Assembly: GCA_951406725.2 (NCBI GenBank)
Contig: OX597817.1
Location: 135,408,001-135,472,000 of the forward strand
DNA: 64,000 nucleotides
Source: Octopus vulgaris
Taxonomy: Eukaryota
Direction of reading: 5' to 3'
A program made the translations under genes and the position numbers. The notes beneath the pieces are model-generated. The model made no database searches and was not told the DNA's origin. It saw nothing but the letters and a program-made list of their open reading frames with translations. Positions 48,883 to 62,829 of the stretch are shown piece by piece. Position 1 is the stretch's first letter, and each line of letters starts with the position of its first letter.

Positions 48883-49689
48883 TCTTTTTCCTTTATGGCT
48901 TTCTCGTGCAACTTGAAGTAGTTAATAGAACAATCATTGTGGAATGCAAAAGATCAGATTCGAATTATTTTGATCAATATGTCTTTTATTTTATAGAGAT
49001 GAATAATGACAATTGTAAAATATACATCAGGAGTAATCTCCCTCTGTTCCTTCTTAAAGATTAAGCCAAGGCAGTGGAATGAATAACATTTTCTAGTTTT
49101 TATTTTTCTAAAGATAACTTGTCGTAAAGAGATGACAAAATAAAATTCCTTAACTAATTCATCAAAGAATTCTGAGATAAAGTTTAGATAAATGACTTGA
49201 GGTCATAATAGAGAATAATGCCGCTGCGTTAGTGTCAGAGACATTTCAACACTACGAGGCACGCAAGGCTGTGTGTGGCATAGCTTCGTGAGGACAGCGT
49301 AAATGTCACTAAAAAACATGGGAAAATTGTGGTTTTTATAAGCTTCATTGGAAATTTCTTGAAGCGTCCAGAAACAATCTTTTGGAATAATTTTCGGTCA
49401 AAAACCAAAACGGCTTCGGCTTGTATATTTTTCAATCAATGAAATTAGTCCTTTCAAATTAATTATGCATTACTCGCAGATTATCGCCAAAAGAACTTTC
49501 TTACGAACTAACTCTCGTTTATCTTCATTCAAAAATATTTTGCTAAAACGCTTTTTACTACAAATATGGCATGGGACGGTCGCAACTGGAATGTCATTGA
49601 TCATAGGTCTGGCGGATAAAAACCGACTTGGAGTTAAACAACACTGTACACTTCATCAATGAACTGCTCTACTCACCCATCCTTTGATA

Positions 49690-51300
49690 TCGAACTGTCA
49701 CACGTAACATCAAATTCCTACACCTCACACCAAGACACCTCATCAAAAACCTACGCATGATACACCTAACGTCAAATGTCTATTAACCACACCCAACGCA
49801 CTACATCAAACGTTTACAAAACACAACATCAAACTCCTTACGCACCACATGACATCAAACAGATTAACAACGCATCAAATAGTACCACACACCAACACAT
49901 TACAGCAAACAGCTAAACACAACACTAACGCAACACATCAAACTACTTTACGCCGCACCCAATGCACATCAAACACAGACAAATGGAAGCACTCCGTCGG
50001 TTACGACGACGAGGGTTCCGGTTGATCCGAATCAACGGAACAGCCTGCTCGTGAAATTAACGTGTAAGTGGTTGAGCACTCCACAGACACGCGTACCCTG
50101 AACGTAGTTCTCGGGGATGTTCAGCGTGACACAGAGAGTGACAAGGCCGGCCCTTTGAAATACAGGTACAACAGAAACAGGAAGTAAGAGTGAGAGAAAG
50201 TTGTGGTGAAAGAGTACAGCAGGGATCACCACCATCCCCTGCCGGCGCCTCGTGGAGCCTTTTAGGTGTTTTCGCTCAATAAACACTCACAACGCCCGGT
50301 CTGGGAATCGAAACCACGATCCTACGACCGCGAGTCCGCTGCCCTAACCACTGGGCCATTGCGCCTCCACCTATACAGACAAATAAACACTGCATCAAAA
50401 GTAACAAATCACACTGATACACATCAAACAGCTACTCGCCACACTGTATCAGAAAGCGGCGCAACACGCCAAAATGTTGCATCAAACTGCTTCGCAACAG
50501 ACTAAAGTGTTGCATCAAACAGCTTCGTAACACATCAAAATGCTGTATTAAACAGCTTTGTAACACACACAAATGCAGCATCAAGCAGCCTCACAATACA
50601 CCAAAATGCCACATCACACAGTTTTGTAACCCACCAAGATGCTGCATCAAACAACTTCGTAACACACCAAAATTATGCATCAAATACCTTCGCAACAAAC
50701 CAAAATGCTACATAAAACAGCATTGTAAAACATCTAAGCGCTGCATCAAACAGCTTTGTAACATACCAAAATGATGCATCCCTTCCTTTGTAACACACAA
50801 AAATGCTGCATCAAACAGTTTTGTAACACACTAAAATGTTGTATCACACAGCTTTGTAACACTGAAATGCTACATCAAACAGCTTTGTAACATACCAAAA
50901 TGATGCATCCTTCCTTTGTAACGCACAAAAATGCTGCATCAAACAGTTTTGTAACACACTAAAATGTTGTATCACACAGCTTTGTAACACTGAAATGCTA
51001 CATCAAACAGCTTTGTAACATACCAAAATGATGCATCCCTTCCTTTGTAACGCACAAAATGCTGCATCAAACAGTTTTGTAACACACTAAAATGTTGTAT
51101 CACATAGCTTTGTAACACTGAAATGCTACATCAAACAGATTCGTAACACACTAAAATGTTGTATCAGACATCTCCTCAACGCAACAGTACACATCAGACA
51201 TATAAACATCCCATCAATGGGTTACCCACGCCAATACACTACATCAAAAGTAACACAGTACACCAATGTGCACAGCAAACAAGCTACACACCGAGTTACT
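49690..51300 (+). repeat. Minisatellite, about 33-bp unit (gcatcaaacagctttgtaacacaccaaaatgct), degenerate edges, higher-order core
   Basis: catcaaac recurs at about 30-33 bp; about 128-bp 4-unit block repeated three times at about 50743-51127; interrupted by a SINE. Confidence 0.88.
49985..50370 (-). mobile_element. tRNA-derived SINE family 3, full length
   Basis: Near identical to 47103-47479; flanking acagacaaat direct repeat. Confidence 0.92.
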
Positions 51301-51754
51301 TACAACAATACAAACGTTGAGATAATTAGAAGGAAGAATGGCTTAGAGATGGCTATGGGGTAGAATAGGAGAGAGACTGAAGACTGACAGAAAGACAGAG
51401 AGACTGAGAGACACAGTGAGAGAGAGCGAGAGAGAGGTGAGAGTGTGGGTGTGGGGGACACGTGTGTATGCATAAATGTATTTCTGTAAAAGTATATAAG
51501 GTGAGAGGTGGGAGAACAGAGAGAAGACAGGAAGAGAGAGACAGAGAGAGACGAGTAAAAAAATAATAAAAGGAAAGGGTGTGGAATTAAGAAAGATGAC
51601 GATGAGGAATGAGTGAGGAGGAGGAAGAGGAGAAAAATCGAGTTGAAGATAAAAGAAGGTTAAACGAGAAGTGAAGATAACGAAGAGAGAGGTGAGGGGG
51701 AGATTGAGCTAAAAAGAGAGGGGGACGGAGAATTGGTTGTGGTGAGAGCAGATA

Positions 51755-51850
51755 GGAAGAGAGAGAGAGAGACAGAGAGACAGAGAGACAGAGAGAGACA
51801 GAGAGAGACAGAGAGAGACAGAGAGAGACAGAGACAGAGAGAGAGAGACA

Positions 51851-51884
<34 letters not shown>

Positions 51885-52330
51885 AAGAGAGAAGATATGC
51901 GGAGGGAGAAGGAGAAGAAAATGTGGAATGAAAGAACGAAAGATTTGAAAGAGGTGCAGATAGACTATGAGAAGGAAAGAAACGGTTATTTGAACGAGAG
52001 AAAACCGGAATGAATATATACACTATACATACATATATATATATATGAAGAGAGACAGAGGAGAGTGAGGTGGAGAGGTGGAGAGAGGGAGAGGGGATGA
52101 GAGAGAGAGAGAGAGAGAGAGAACAAGTGCTGGATGGAGGGAAGCATTACCAAGTCATTAGAAATCCTGATCACCATAGCAACTGATACGTCATAGAAGA
52201 AAATTTGAAAAAAAAAATAAAGGAAAAGGAGAATCAAAGAGGAAGAGGAGGAGGAGGAGGAGGAGGAGGAGGAGCAGAAGCAGAAGAAGAAGAAGAAGAA
52301 GAAGAAGAAGAAGAAGAAGAAGAAGAAGAG
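51755..52330. repeat. Purine-rich microsatellites (GA, GAGACA, GAG, GAA)
   Basis: Directly visible. Confidence 0.9.
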
Positions 52331-52431
52331 GAGGCTGGTAAATATTTGATGTGTGAAACGTATAACATTCTTCCATTTCCTTAACACAGAGAGATGTTAA
52401 TTAAGCAATTTGTTGTTGTAGCGGTTAATGC

Positions 52432-52462
<31 letters not shown>

Positions 52463-52830
52463 GCTGTTGTTCTCGTTCTTGTCATGCAAACAGGAGACAG
52501 TGAGCAGTTTTCTACGTAGCTGCACGATCTGTTAGAAACAGCAGCTAAAAACCAAAATGTTAACCCAAATTACGCACTTTACCACTTTAAAGATGAACAC
52601 TTGGAAGATGTGGAGCGGATTGGTTGCACTTTGTCTGGAAAAAAACAGAGGATGATCATGGCTGGGTTGTCTATAGGATTAAGGCTGATTTAAAGCTGCA
52701 CAACAACAACGACAACGACAACAAGCGATGCGTGCAGGAGCAACAGAGCAAAGAGGTACAGAGGATTCATCAGGGAAAGAAAGCTATACATACATACATA
52801 CATACATACATACATACATACATACATACA

Positions 52831-52863
<33 letters not shown>

Positions 52864-52980
52864 TGCATACACATGCATATACACACCGCAAACAAATACG
52901 CACGCGTGCAATAAAACACAATCCAAATAGACTTGTGTTGGTCTAGACTTGTATTATTTAGTAAAAATCTACAGAAAGAG

Positions 52981-53760
52981 TACAGGGAAATTGCTGGGAG
53001 GAGTAGAAAGTCTAACGTTTCGGACAGAGTCTTTCATCAGGAAAAGTTGACAAGAATGAAATTAAAGAAAGAAAACAGCTTTACACCCCCTAATATAAAA
53101 TCTCTTTAATTTCATTCCTGGCTACAACTAAAAAGGAACGTAGGACCAAGGAGTTTCATATGTGGACAGGATTCACTAGAAGGCTCTTTTAAATGCGCTC
53201 GCCGAAAACGCAACACTTTCCTCTATGTTAGTAACACTACAGCCATCACTGGACCTAAGTCACAATATCACATTACCTAGAACTTCTGTTACACATCGTC
53301 CAAATTTATTGCATCCTGTGCAAACTTTGCGACGCACTTCAGGTAAACAGGCTGGTGCACTGCCGATCCCTTTCAGGAGCACATTTGAAGTGTGCAACTA
53401 TGTCTGCAGCCACCCACTTCAACACTACTTCCTGATGAAAGACTCTGTCCGAAGCGTTAGACTTTCCACTCGTCGCGGCAATTTCACTGTGGCCACCCAC
53501 TTCAACACCATTACCCACTTATCAGGGTGCGGCATCTCAGGGACACAGAGGAGACAACGGTTCATACATTACACCTACATCTCTTCTTATCCTTCAACTG
53601 CCCTCTCAATTCATCTTATCCTTTCACTTCACTCTCGTCCTCATTTCATTCATCACTCCTTCTACCACTCTAGCACTGTTTCTCTCTCCTACTACTACTT
53701 CCTGTCAACCCATGAAGCTCCCATGGTCCTGCATTCCTCATCAGATGCAACAAGTTTTTT
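52981..53760 (+). mobile_element. Decayed Penelope-like element: GIY-YIG relic bracketed by inverted hammerhead-containing repeats
   Basis: GSFKCARRKRNTFLYVSNTTAITGPK..YCILCKLC..TGWCTADPFQEHI..VATHFN; ttcCTGATGAaagactctgtccGAA(a/g)cgttagactttc on - (53006-53043) and + (53429-53466). Confidence 0.75.
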
Positions 53761-54260
53761 TTGAGAAGGTGTAAAAGTTTGTTGTTTCTATCTCTTTTTT
53801 CACTATCTTTCTTTCTCTCTCCTCCTCTCCCCCCTCTCTCTCTCTCTCTCTCTCTCCTACTCTGTTTTACAGAACTCAATACAAATGTAGTTTCTAATAC
53901 ATTATAACTGAAAAGCCCCCAATTTCCATTATTCGGAGTTACTCGTTTCCGATCGTCGGCTGCTAAACCGAAACTGGTTTTCTGTTGAAGAATCTTCTGT
54001 TTGGATTTTTTTTGGAAATATTTACTGAAAGTTTGAAGAAAACATTTACTCGTATGTTCTTTCGTTTAAAAATCCTTTGTGAACGAAACGTGCAAAGACT
54101 TCGGCTTCAAGCTCACATTTTAGCATTCACTTCTGGTTCTCGTTCTAGTATTATTATAAAGACGTCGCCAACTCCTTACAAGAGAAGTCAAAAAATTGCG
54201 TTTCTGTTTAAGCAACTATTTGCGGAAAATCTGGCGAAATGCTTAACGGTATTTTACGTA

Positions 54261-54857
54261 GGCGGCGAGCTGGCAGAAACGTTAGCACGCCGGGCGAAAT
54301 GCGTAGCCGTATTTCGTCTGTCGTTACGTTCTGAGTTCAAATTCCGCCGAGGTCGACTTTGCCTTTCATCCTTTCGGGGTCGATAAATTAAGTACCAGTT
54401 ACGCACTGAGGTCAATGTAATCGACTTAATACCTATGTATGTCCTTGTTTGTCCCTTCTGTGTTTAGCCCCTTGTGGGTAATAAAGAAATAGGTATTTCG
54501 TCTGCCGTTACGTTCTCAGTTCAAATTCCGCCGAGGTCCACTTTGCCTTTCATCCTTTCGGGGTCGATGAAATAAGTACCAGTTACGCCCTGGGATTGAT
54601 ATAATCGACTTAATCCGTTTGTTTTTCCTTGTTTGTCCTCTCTGTGTTTAGCCCCTTGTGGGTAGTAAAGAAATAGGTATTTCTTCTGCCGTTACGTTCT
54701 GAGTTCGAATTCTGCCGAGATCGGCTTTGCCTTTCATCCTTTCGGGATCGATTAAATAAGTACCAGTTACGTACTGGGGTCGATGTAATCGACTTAATTC
54801 CTTTATCTGTCTTGTTTGACCCCTCTATGTTTAGCTCCCTGTGGGCAATAAAGAAAT
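54261..54857 (+). mobile_element. SINE family 2 trimer (one head, three bodies)
   Basis: Bodies restart at aaataggtatttc (about 54492 and 54676). Confidence 0.92.
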
Positions 54858-54893
54858 ATATATATATATAACTATTTGCCTAAGATGTAGTGC

Positions 54894-54962
<69 letters not shown>

Positions 54963-55504
54963 CGTGTGCGTGCGTGTGTGTGTGTGTAATTTTTAACTTT
55001 TTGCCTCAGTCTTCAGCGAATGTCATTTCTTAGAAACTCGGGTTAATCCGTTCATTGTGAGTGAAATTAACTGAATGGAAACTGTACAAAAACTCAAGAG
55101 GATTGTAACAGAAAATTGAAAAGCTTCAACTTTGTCACACTTTTTGTCACACAGATTCTGATTAAGAATTACGTTAAGGATACACGTACTCATGGAATAA
55201 TCGACCATTCACCCTTTAATTCAGGAGCAGGTAACCCAGTTGATTGAACAGTTGAAACCACGTCACCGAAACCGACGGAGATCCACCATCCGCCACTACC
55301 ATGTATACGTACACACGGAGACGAACACCATTCTTCCATGTGATCGACTTCAAAAATTGTGAAGATATTAACATGAAACTAATGGTAGCCTTAATACACA
55401 AATAAAGAAATTCTCTCCACCAATGCGGTGTTGAGCACTCACTTTCATCGTTCGACATTTACGTATATGGTTGGGAAGCAAGCTTCTTACCACACAGAGA
55501 TACC

Positions 55505-55738
55505 TTCTTTTACCTGCAACTTGTTTCAATTATTAGGCTGCGACCATCGTGGAGCACCGCCTTCAAGGACTTCTCCATCGATTGAAATAATCCCAGTACA
55601 TTTTTTAAAGCCTGATAATTATCATATCGGTGTCTTTTGCCGAATTGCTAAGTTACGGTGTCCTAAATACACCAACACTGGTTATCAAGCAGTGATGGGA
55701 GGACAAACACACACACACACGTATATATAAATATATAT

Positions 55739-55774
<36 letters not shown>

Positions 55775-55925
55775 TGGGCTTCTTTTAGTTTCCGCCAACC
55801 AAACCCACTCACAAGTCTTTGGTTGGTCCGAGGCTATAGTATAAGACAATTGTCCTAGGCGCCACACAGTGGAACCGAAATCGAAACCATGTGGTTCAGA
55901 AGCAAGCTTCTTACCGCACAGCCAC
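55505..55925 (-). mobile_element. Degenerate SINE family 1
   Basis: ggagcaccgcc...tttgccgaattgctaagttacgg...cttcttaccgcacagcca. Confidence 0.8.
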
Positions 55926-56203
55926 CAACCTTAACAATATAAAGCCTTTTCTCGACTGGTAGGCGTGGTATGGCAACTTCAGCTGGGTTCAAGTAAATCC
56001 ATACAAAGGGTTTTAATCCGAATCCGATCTTTAGATACGTCATCGAGACATCCACCTCACAGGCTCGCCATATTTGGAAACTAAAAAACTTCAACAAGGA
56101 TTACGAAATTAGGTAAAGAGTTCTTGAAAGAGGTTGATCAAATACCTAAGGGACAAGGATATATCAACTTTGTACAGTGGAGAAAGCTCACATATTTGAC
56201 AAA

Positions 56204-56432
56204 CCTATTTCTTTATTACCCACAAGGGGCTAAACACAGAGGGAACAAACAAGGACAGACATAGGTATTAAGTCGATTATATCGACCCCAGTTCGTAACT
56301 GGTACTTAATTTATCGACCCCGAAAGGATGAAAGGCAAAGTCGACCGCGGCGGAATTTGAACTCAACGTAACGCAGACGAAATACCGCTAAGCATTTCGC
56401 CCGGCGTGCTAACGTTTCTGCCAGCTCGCTTC
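56204..56432 (-). mobile_element. SINE family 2 monomer
   Basis: Reverse complement of head plus one body; flanked by ttgacaaacc direct repeat. Confidence 0.9.
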
Positions 56433-56569
56433 CTTGACAAACCGGGGCACTTTTGTCATCGTTAAATTCAGTATTTAGTTTCTTCAAATTTATACAAAAA
56501 TTTCACTTCCATCAAGCTAGCGTTTAGCCTGGCCTTCATTTAATTTATAGTGATCTTTTAGTATTAGAC

Positions 56570-56912
56570 AGCGGCCATGCAGGGTCATTGCATTGAAGCC
56601 AAATGAGGCCAAATGAATCGACTTAAGTACTTCTATTAAGATTGCTACTTATTGGATCAATATCTTAGGCCGAACCGCTATGTTACAGAAACGTAATCGC
56701 ACGAGCACCAGTTGTCAAGCGGTGGTGAGAGACAACCACAAAGACACATACACACACATACACACACACACTCACACATATATATACGACGATCTACCAT
56801 ATCTACTCACAAGGCTTTGGTCAGCCCGTGACTATAGTAGAAGACACTTGCCTAAGGTGCTATGTTGTGGGATTGAACCCAGAGCAAACGTCTTACCTCC
56901 CAGCCACGCCTG
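56570..56912 (-). mobile_element. Degenerate SINE family 1
   Basis: gccgaaccgcta..gttgtcaagcggtgg..ctcacaaggctttggtcagccc..agaagacacttgcc. Confidence 0.75.
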
Positions 56913-57198
56913 CTAACTTGCACAACACTGTACACCACATATTAGACGCATTGATTTGTCAAATATCTCCTAAGACAGAGCTTCACAATCTTCACATCTG
57001 ATGACATGGACTTTTTCCATAAACATCATTTTACATAAACCAACATATTAAGCATATCATTCTAGCGATTAGGATACGACCTTGAAAAATAACTGACCAC
57101 ATAGAAACCGTTTGGAGACAAGCTGCTATAAATTCACCGTCTCATACACATGTGCACGTTCGCACAAACTTGATGCACACAAAAACTTGACTTTAAAA

Positions 57199-57471
57199 CA
57201 GTGGCTCCCAAACGTTTTCAGGCTACCGCCCCCTTGAATCCTGACCACATTCCTAGCGCTCCTGCCCCAACTAACCATCACAAACATAGACCTCTTTCTG
57301 AAGCAAATCCAAAGCAACTGTATTTCACAAATAAAACTTAACCTAATGAACCTATTATTTTGGTGTTTTACATGAATCGCTACCCTATTATGGCCCCACT
57401 TTTCTTTAACGCCCTCTTGGAATTTTCCACCGCCCCCAAGGGAGCAACACCGCCCATTTTGGAAACCACTG
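57199..57471. mobile_element. hAT (Charlie-like) MITE
   Basis: TIRs cagtggctcccaaa / tttggaaaccactg; perfect 8-bp TSD ctttaaaa. Confidence 0.9.
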
Positions 57472-58146
57472 CTTTAAAACATTAGACCTGATAGAAAAAT
57501 CATATTGTCTAAGATCGAACCTTTTCTGGTCTTTTCTAAAAATTATTCCACTGGAGATACGCAGACAATCTACGGGGCATAACTCGACTTACAAAAGAAA
57601 TATTTAAGGGTCCCCACTTTCTCGCTTTTTTCTCGTTCTTTTTGAACACCTACCGTTTTATTTGTTTGTTTCTTTATCCACTTTTCACAAGTAGCCATAC
57701 TCTGTTCTGGGTTTGCATGAAGATTAGATGTCACTATTTGGGGATTAGGAAGAATCTAGTTGTGGCCTAACCATAACAGTTAAATAGCTTTGTATACCAT
57801 AAAGATCAGTATGAAACTTTCATAAATGTAAATATTTGCGTATGCATGAGTGTATGTATGCATTTTGAAAAGGTTAAGAGGTTTCCTGCGAGTTAAATTT
57901 ATACTAAAAAAGAAAAGAAATGATTTGAATAAAAACAAGAAAATATCTGCATTTCTATCAAAATGTGCTACCGGTTTTATCGTTTTAAAATAAGATTTAG
58001 TCATGCTGAAAGGAAATCAAAAGTAAATTGAAATAGTTCGGGAATTTAATTTCATTTTCCCTTTATTTAGGCCTTCCTCTTGTTGAGTGATTGAAAACGG
58101 TAGCATTTTCGACGCATTTCATTGTGTGTGCGCGGGCGTGTGTGTG

Positions 58147-58351
<205 letters not shown>

Positions 58352-58859
58352 AGGAGGCTTTAACTAGAGTCGTGTGGGTTTAACATAAGACGAAATTTTT
58401 AATCCGCAAAGAGACACGAACCATCACCCATTTGGGAAGTGATGCAGAAAAGGAGTCAGTAGGAATACCATATGATGTTCTCGGTGCAAAATAGGGGTGT
58501 ACAAGAAGTGTGGCGGGATTACTGGTAGGCCGGAAGAGACGAACGACTCAGATGCACAATAGTAGTAGTAGTAGTAGTAGTTGTATCTATGAAATATAAA
58601 TTTTGTTGTTGGTCTTTTTTATTTCTTTTCCATGTTTTAATCCTTCCTTCCCAATGTTGTTTGAACACGGATTATACATTCTAATCGCAATAGTTTATGG
58701 TTTCGTACAGCTATATTCCTCCTCTACATTTATTTATCGTTTTGAAATTTGATTAAATCTTACCTCTTTTCCGACATGTGACGATACAGTACCAAGTAGG
58801 AGGTGGGGGGGGACAAGCGTATTCGCCTGACAACCCTGTATATTCTTTCAAATGCAAAA

Positions 58860-59300
58860 ATAGCCCCCTAAAGGTATTTGACTGCCTTTCTTGTATGGAT
58901 GAACTTATCATCAATGATGGCGGTTGTTCTGAAAATTGGTCACAGAACAGAGTAGATAAAATTCAGGGAGTAATTACCACTTCTAGCATTACATGGATTC
59001 TTTGTCCGAGTAGCAGGCAGATTGTTAAGCTGTTCATACGAAATGTGATGTTGCTGGGTTACAGAAAGATGGTCAGTGAATGAGAAGGATGTATGAAGGC
59101 GGGAAAATAAAATTCAGTAAATATCGTCTGGTGGATAATATTAGGTTACATAAATAACTGAGCAAAATGGTCTCGGGGAAAACATGTAGAAGAGAGTAGT
59201 AAATCCTTGCCTCGATTTTAATCCCGACAGTTTTCCTTGCAAATATAGTGTACGTAAGCAAGCAGGATCTTTCAAATTGAATGATGGCGTTAGCAAAGTA
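58860..59300 (+). mobile_element. Highly decayed RTE/BovB-like LINE fragment
   Basis: FDCLSCMDELIINDGGCSE...FIRNVMLLG resembles RTE F.YLGD.I...GGCSE...CVR.VML.GSETW. Confidence 0.55.
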
Positions 59301-59584
59301 TGACCAATCAAATTACAAGAAACACATCGCGTATTTTCGAATGACGTCCAGTCAGATTTGTTCTGGGGGTCAATGTAAGAGACCAGATATGAAAACAAAG
59401 TAGAATTTGATGGGTAGATGATATGTGAGGAATTTGATAACTTGAGAAACTAAAATGATGGCCAAGAAATTCTTCATCTTGGCAATAACCATAGGTACTG
59501 TGGTGTTAACGGTGTTATGGGCTGTGATGAGCTATGTGGTGTTGGTGGAGAGGATGGTAGATGAAGCAAAAGGGAAGTGAAGAC

Positions 59585-59740
59585 TGCAGGGGCCGGCGGA
59601 AGAGTGAAAGGGGCATGCGTGGGCAGGAAGCGCGTGTGGTCAGGAATCACGTGTGGACAGTTCGAGCTGAGACGGCAGAAAGGCAAGACGAGTTTAATTC
59701 GTGAGAGTGACCGCTGATTCCGCCGAGGTTAACAGGTAAG
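59585..59740 (+). promoter_or_regulatory. Candidate promoter / non-coding first exon ending in a splice donor
   Basis: Locally GC/CpG-rich, non-repetitive; cggaag and caggaag (ETS-like), cacgtg (E-box); CAG|GTAAG at 59735/59736. Confidence 0.4.
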
Positions 59741-60449
59741 GCCTTTTGTATTTCTTTCTCCCGTTTGCTTCTTTTTCTGTTGTCCTTTTCTTCCATCACA
59801 CTACAGGTACAACTAACAAAATGGTAGATGGTAAAAAGCAGTCACTGCCAATACTAAAATACTCAATAGTTCTATAAACAAAACGCTAGCTTCGGCCGGA
59901 ACGTTTAGCTTTTCGGACATAAGCATTATTCGTCAACGTAACTTAGTTTTCTTTCCCTGAAACAATTGTGTTCTTTGTAAATTCATAACAATAAAAAGAT
60001 GAACAAAAACTGAAAATAACCGTTCTGAATCAGTGGACATCATCGTTTCAACAACCACTTTTCCATGCTCAGATGGATTGAATGGAATTCACTGAGGTAG
60101 ATTTTTTACTGCTGGATACCCTTCTTGTCTTCAACCTTCACCAATAGATGACGGCTGAAGAGCAAAGTAATATTTCCCTTGCCTGGACATGTTTTCTTAC
60201 AGGATTGAAATGAGAATGACGTTTATTTACCACTCACACGCTGTCAAGACGAGACACACACACACACACACACACACACGCACGCACATATACATGGATG
60301 GGGAGTGTAAAACTTGCGTCTTCAGTACAACAGTATCTGATTATTGTTAAGCCATGCTGCTTTCTACTTAACATGGCATGTTTCACATGAAACCGTCAAG
60401 TAACTTTGCTGGGCCGAAATCAGTTCGTAATTAAAATTGTGTGGGAGAG

Positions 60450-60495
<46 letters not shown>

Positions 60496-62410
60496 ATCCG
60501 AGCAAGTATTACTGTGTAGATAAGATGTTCCCTTCACTACCGTATAGATATGGGCTCGATCCCACAGCAACCGAACATACTGGGATCGATATCACTGGCT
60601 AAAGCCGTTGGGGTGGAGCCCCCGTATGGCCGCAATCCAATGACTGTTTCAGAGGATGGATTATGGTGAGAGGAGAAAAGGTGTGAGAGTGTGATGAGGA
60701 AAACTTGATGATTGAAGTGACACTGAAGAAAGGCGGGGTATAAATGGGAGAGATACATTAAGACTGAGTAATGGAAGAGAGACAGTAAAGGCAACTACAT
60801 GATTACTGATAAGAAAGAGCTAAGGAGAAGATATGGGGGTTAGCAGAGAGATAGGCAACGATAAGAGAGTAATGGATGCTCTCCTTATCCAGGCACTGTG
60901 ATAGGAGAGAGAAGTAGAGAAATACAGAAAGTGGTATAAGGCTTACAAATGGTTACATTTCAAGGACTGCACTGTGAAGCAGAAGGACACGTAACTGAGG
61001 TGGAAGAGTATGGAGACAAAACATTTTATGTAACGAAGCACACATGTGTGGTTTTGCCATGTAACTTTGAATACCAGTTTCTTTCTTACTGAAGATTCTA
61101 GAAAAATGTAACCATCTTTCAGTTCAAAATATTTTCAACGAGATTAAAAGCAGCCCTCCGTGCGGACTTTTAAGCTGGATCCTGCAGAGGGCTAATTGGG
61201 TCTGCAGCCCATAACTAAAGAGCATGACTAAAATACATCTGTAATGATTATATGCCTCGGTAGTATTTTACCAGGGGTTAAGGACGGATGAGAATTAATT
61301 CTGTAATGCAATCATTCTATTGTTCCAGTCCTAAGTTGAATTCCAACTGTTGGCCAGTTTGTCCCAACGTTCTTATCTCGACATAAAAGTAACGAAGCGA
61401 ATGTCATTTATCTTCCCTTGATCTCTGACGTCATCTGACAAACGCCAAGCAAGATGGCGTGAATCAGCCAAGTTTTACCTGCTAGAAACAGCAACCCAAA
61501 TGCTTTTATATCAAAATCAAAGTTCAGATTTTCAATCCTGGCATCATCCTGATTCCAAAAGAGGTATAATATGTCTATGTAGAGCAAATGTAAACTGAGG
61601 TACGGGGGTCCCAGACGGACAGACAGAATTTCGTTTTTATTTAGATATATTTTTGTTATAATGAATATTTAATTTCTACTTTTATCATATTGAGATATTT
61701 TACTGCTACATAATCTTTTTAATTTGTCCATTACCTACATTTTAATGTATATACACATATATAATATATACACATATATTTAATACTCTCCACTCATTAT
61801 AGCCATCTCTCAACCCTGTCCATTCTCTGCAGTTGTCACCTACTCTTCCCTACGTCCCATACTTGTCCCTCAACACTCATTCATTATATACACGTCCTCA
61901 CCCATCTCTCCCATTCTTTTACAACCTCCATCCACCCACACTCCTGGTTCTGTCCCTACTTATTTCTTCCTACCTAGTATCTTCAGGGTCCATACACACA
62001 CACCTAATCACCACTAGCTTTCCCCAGCTCCATCCCAATCACTCCTGCTTCTCTTCTAAGAAGCAAGCAGCCATGTGACCCCTCTACAGCAAGGAACTTG
62101 TACTTCTCTTGACCCTTCTTTCATCTCATCTCTTATACCTTAAACCCTGCCGCCATCTCCTGATGTGAATCTGCCTACTTTGCAGTTCATAATCTTACAA
62201 GCAGCATGGCGACCCCACTACAGGTGCAAAAAAAGAACAGGACATAGGTACAGAAGATGCAAGTTCAATTCTCACAGGTAACCTTCAGGATCTTTTGAGG
62301 TTTTTATCCAAGTGGTATTTTAACCCAATATATTATTTACAGCTTTATCCATTTTGAGATTAAGTCTTAAAATGATTTCATATTTCCCATAACTTCTACA
62401 TTTTCAGGAA

Positions 62411-62623
62411 CCCTTTGGCATTTAAATCCATCCACATCTGGCCAAAATATTCTACCTGCTTTGTGTCCAAACTGGCCGAATTTGACCCCTCACACCTACT
62501 CTACAATAATGTAATTCTGAAACTAAACTACCACAGAAGCTACAAGATAATCCAGGATTAATTGAAAACAATGTGGATTAATAAGCTAATTACATTTGAC
62601 AGGATAATCTGAATGCTAAAAGG
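62411..62623. mobile_element. piggyBac-like MITE (second copy)
   Basis: ccctttggcatttaaa...gaatgctaaaagg; homologous to 17887-18104. Confidence 0.7.
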
Positions 62624-62829
62624 TGAACATAAAACATACATGATATGTATAAACATAGTAAAAGAAACCCATTCCCAATATAATTACTGGTATTAGGTTT
62701 GTCACAATTTGTAAGTTTCCTAATGACAGAGATCAAGGTCTCATAATATCGCAAGACTCATAAGGCTAACCCAGTTTCCAAGCTGTATAAGGGAGTGAGA
62801 CCGCATCCCTTCCCGTGAAAACAGGTGAC

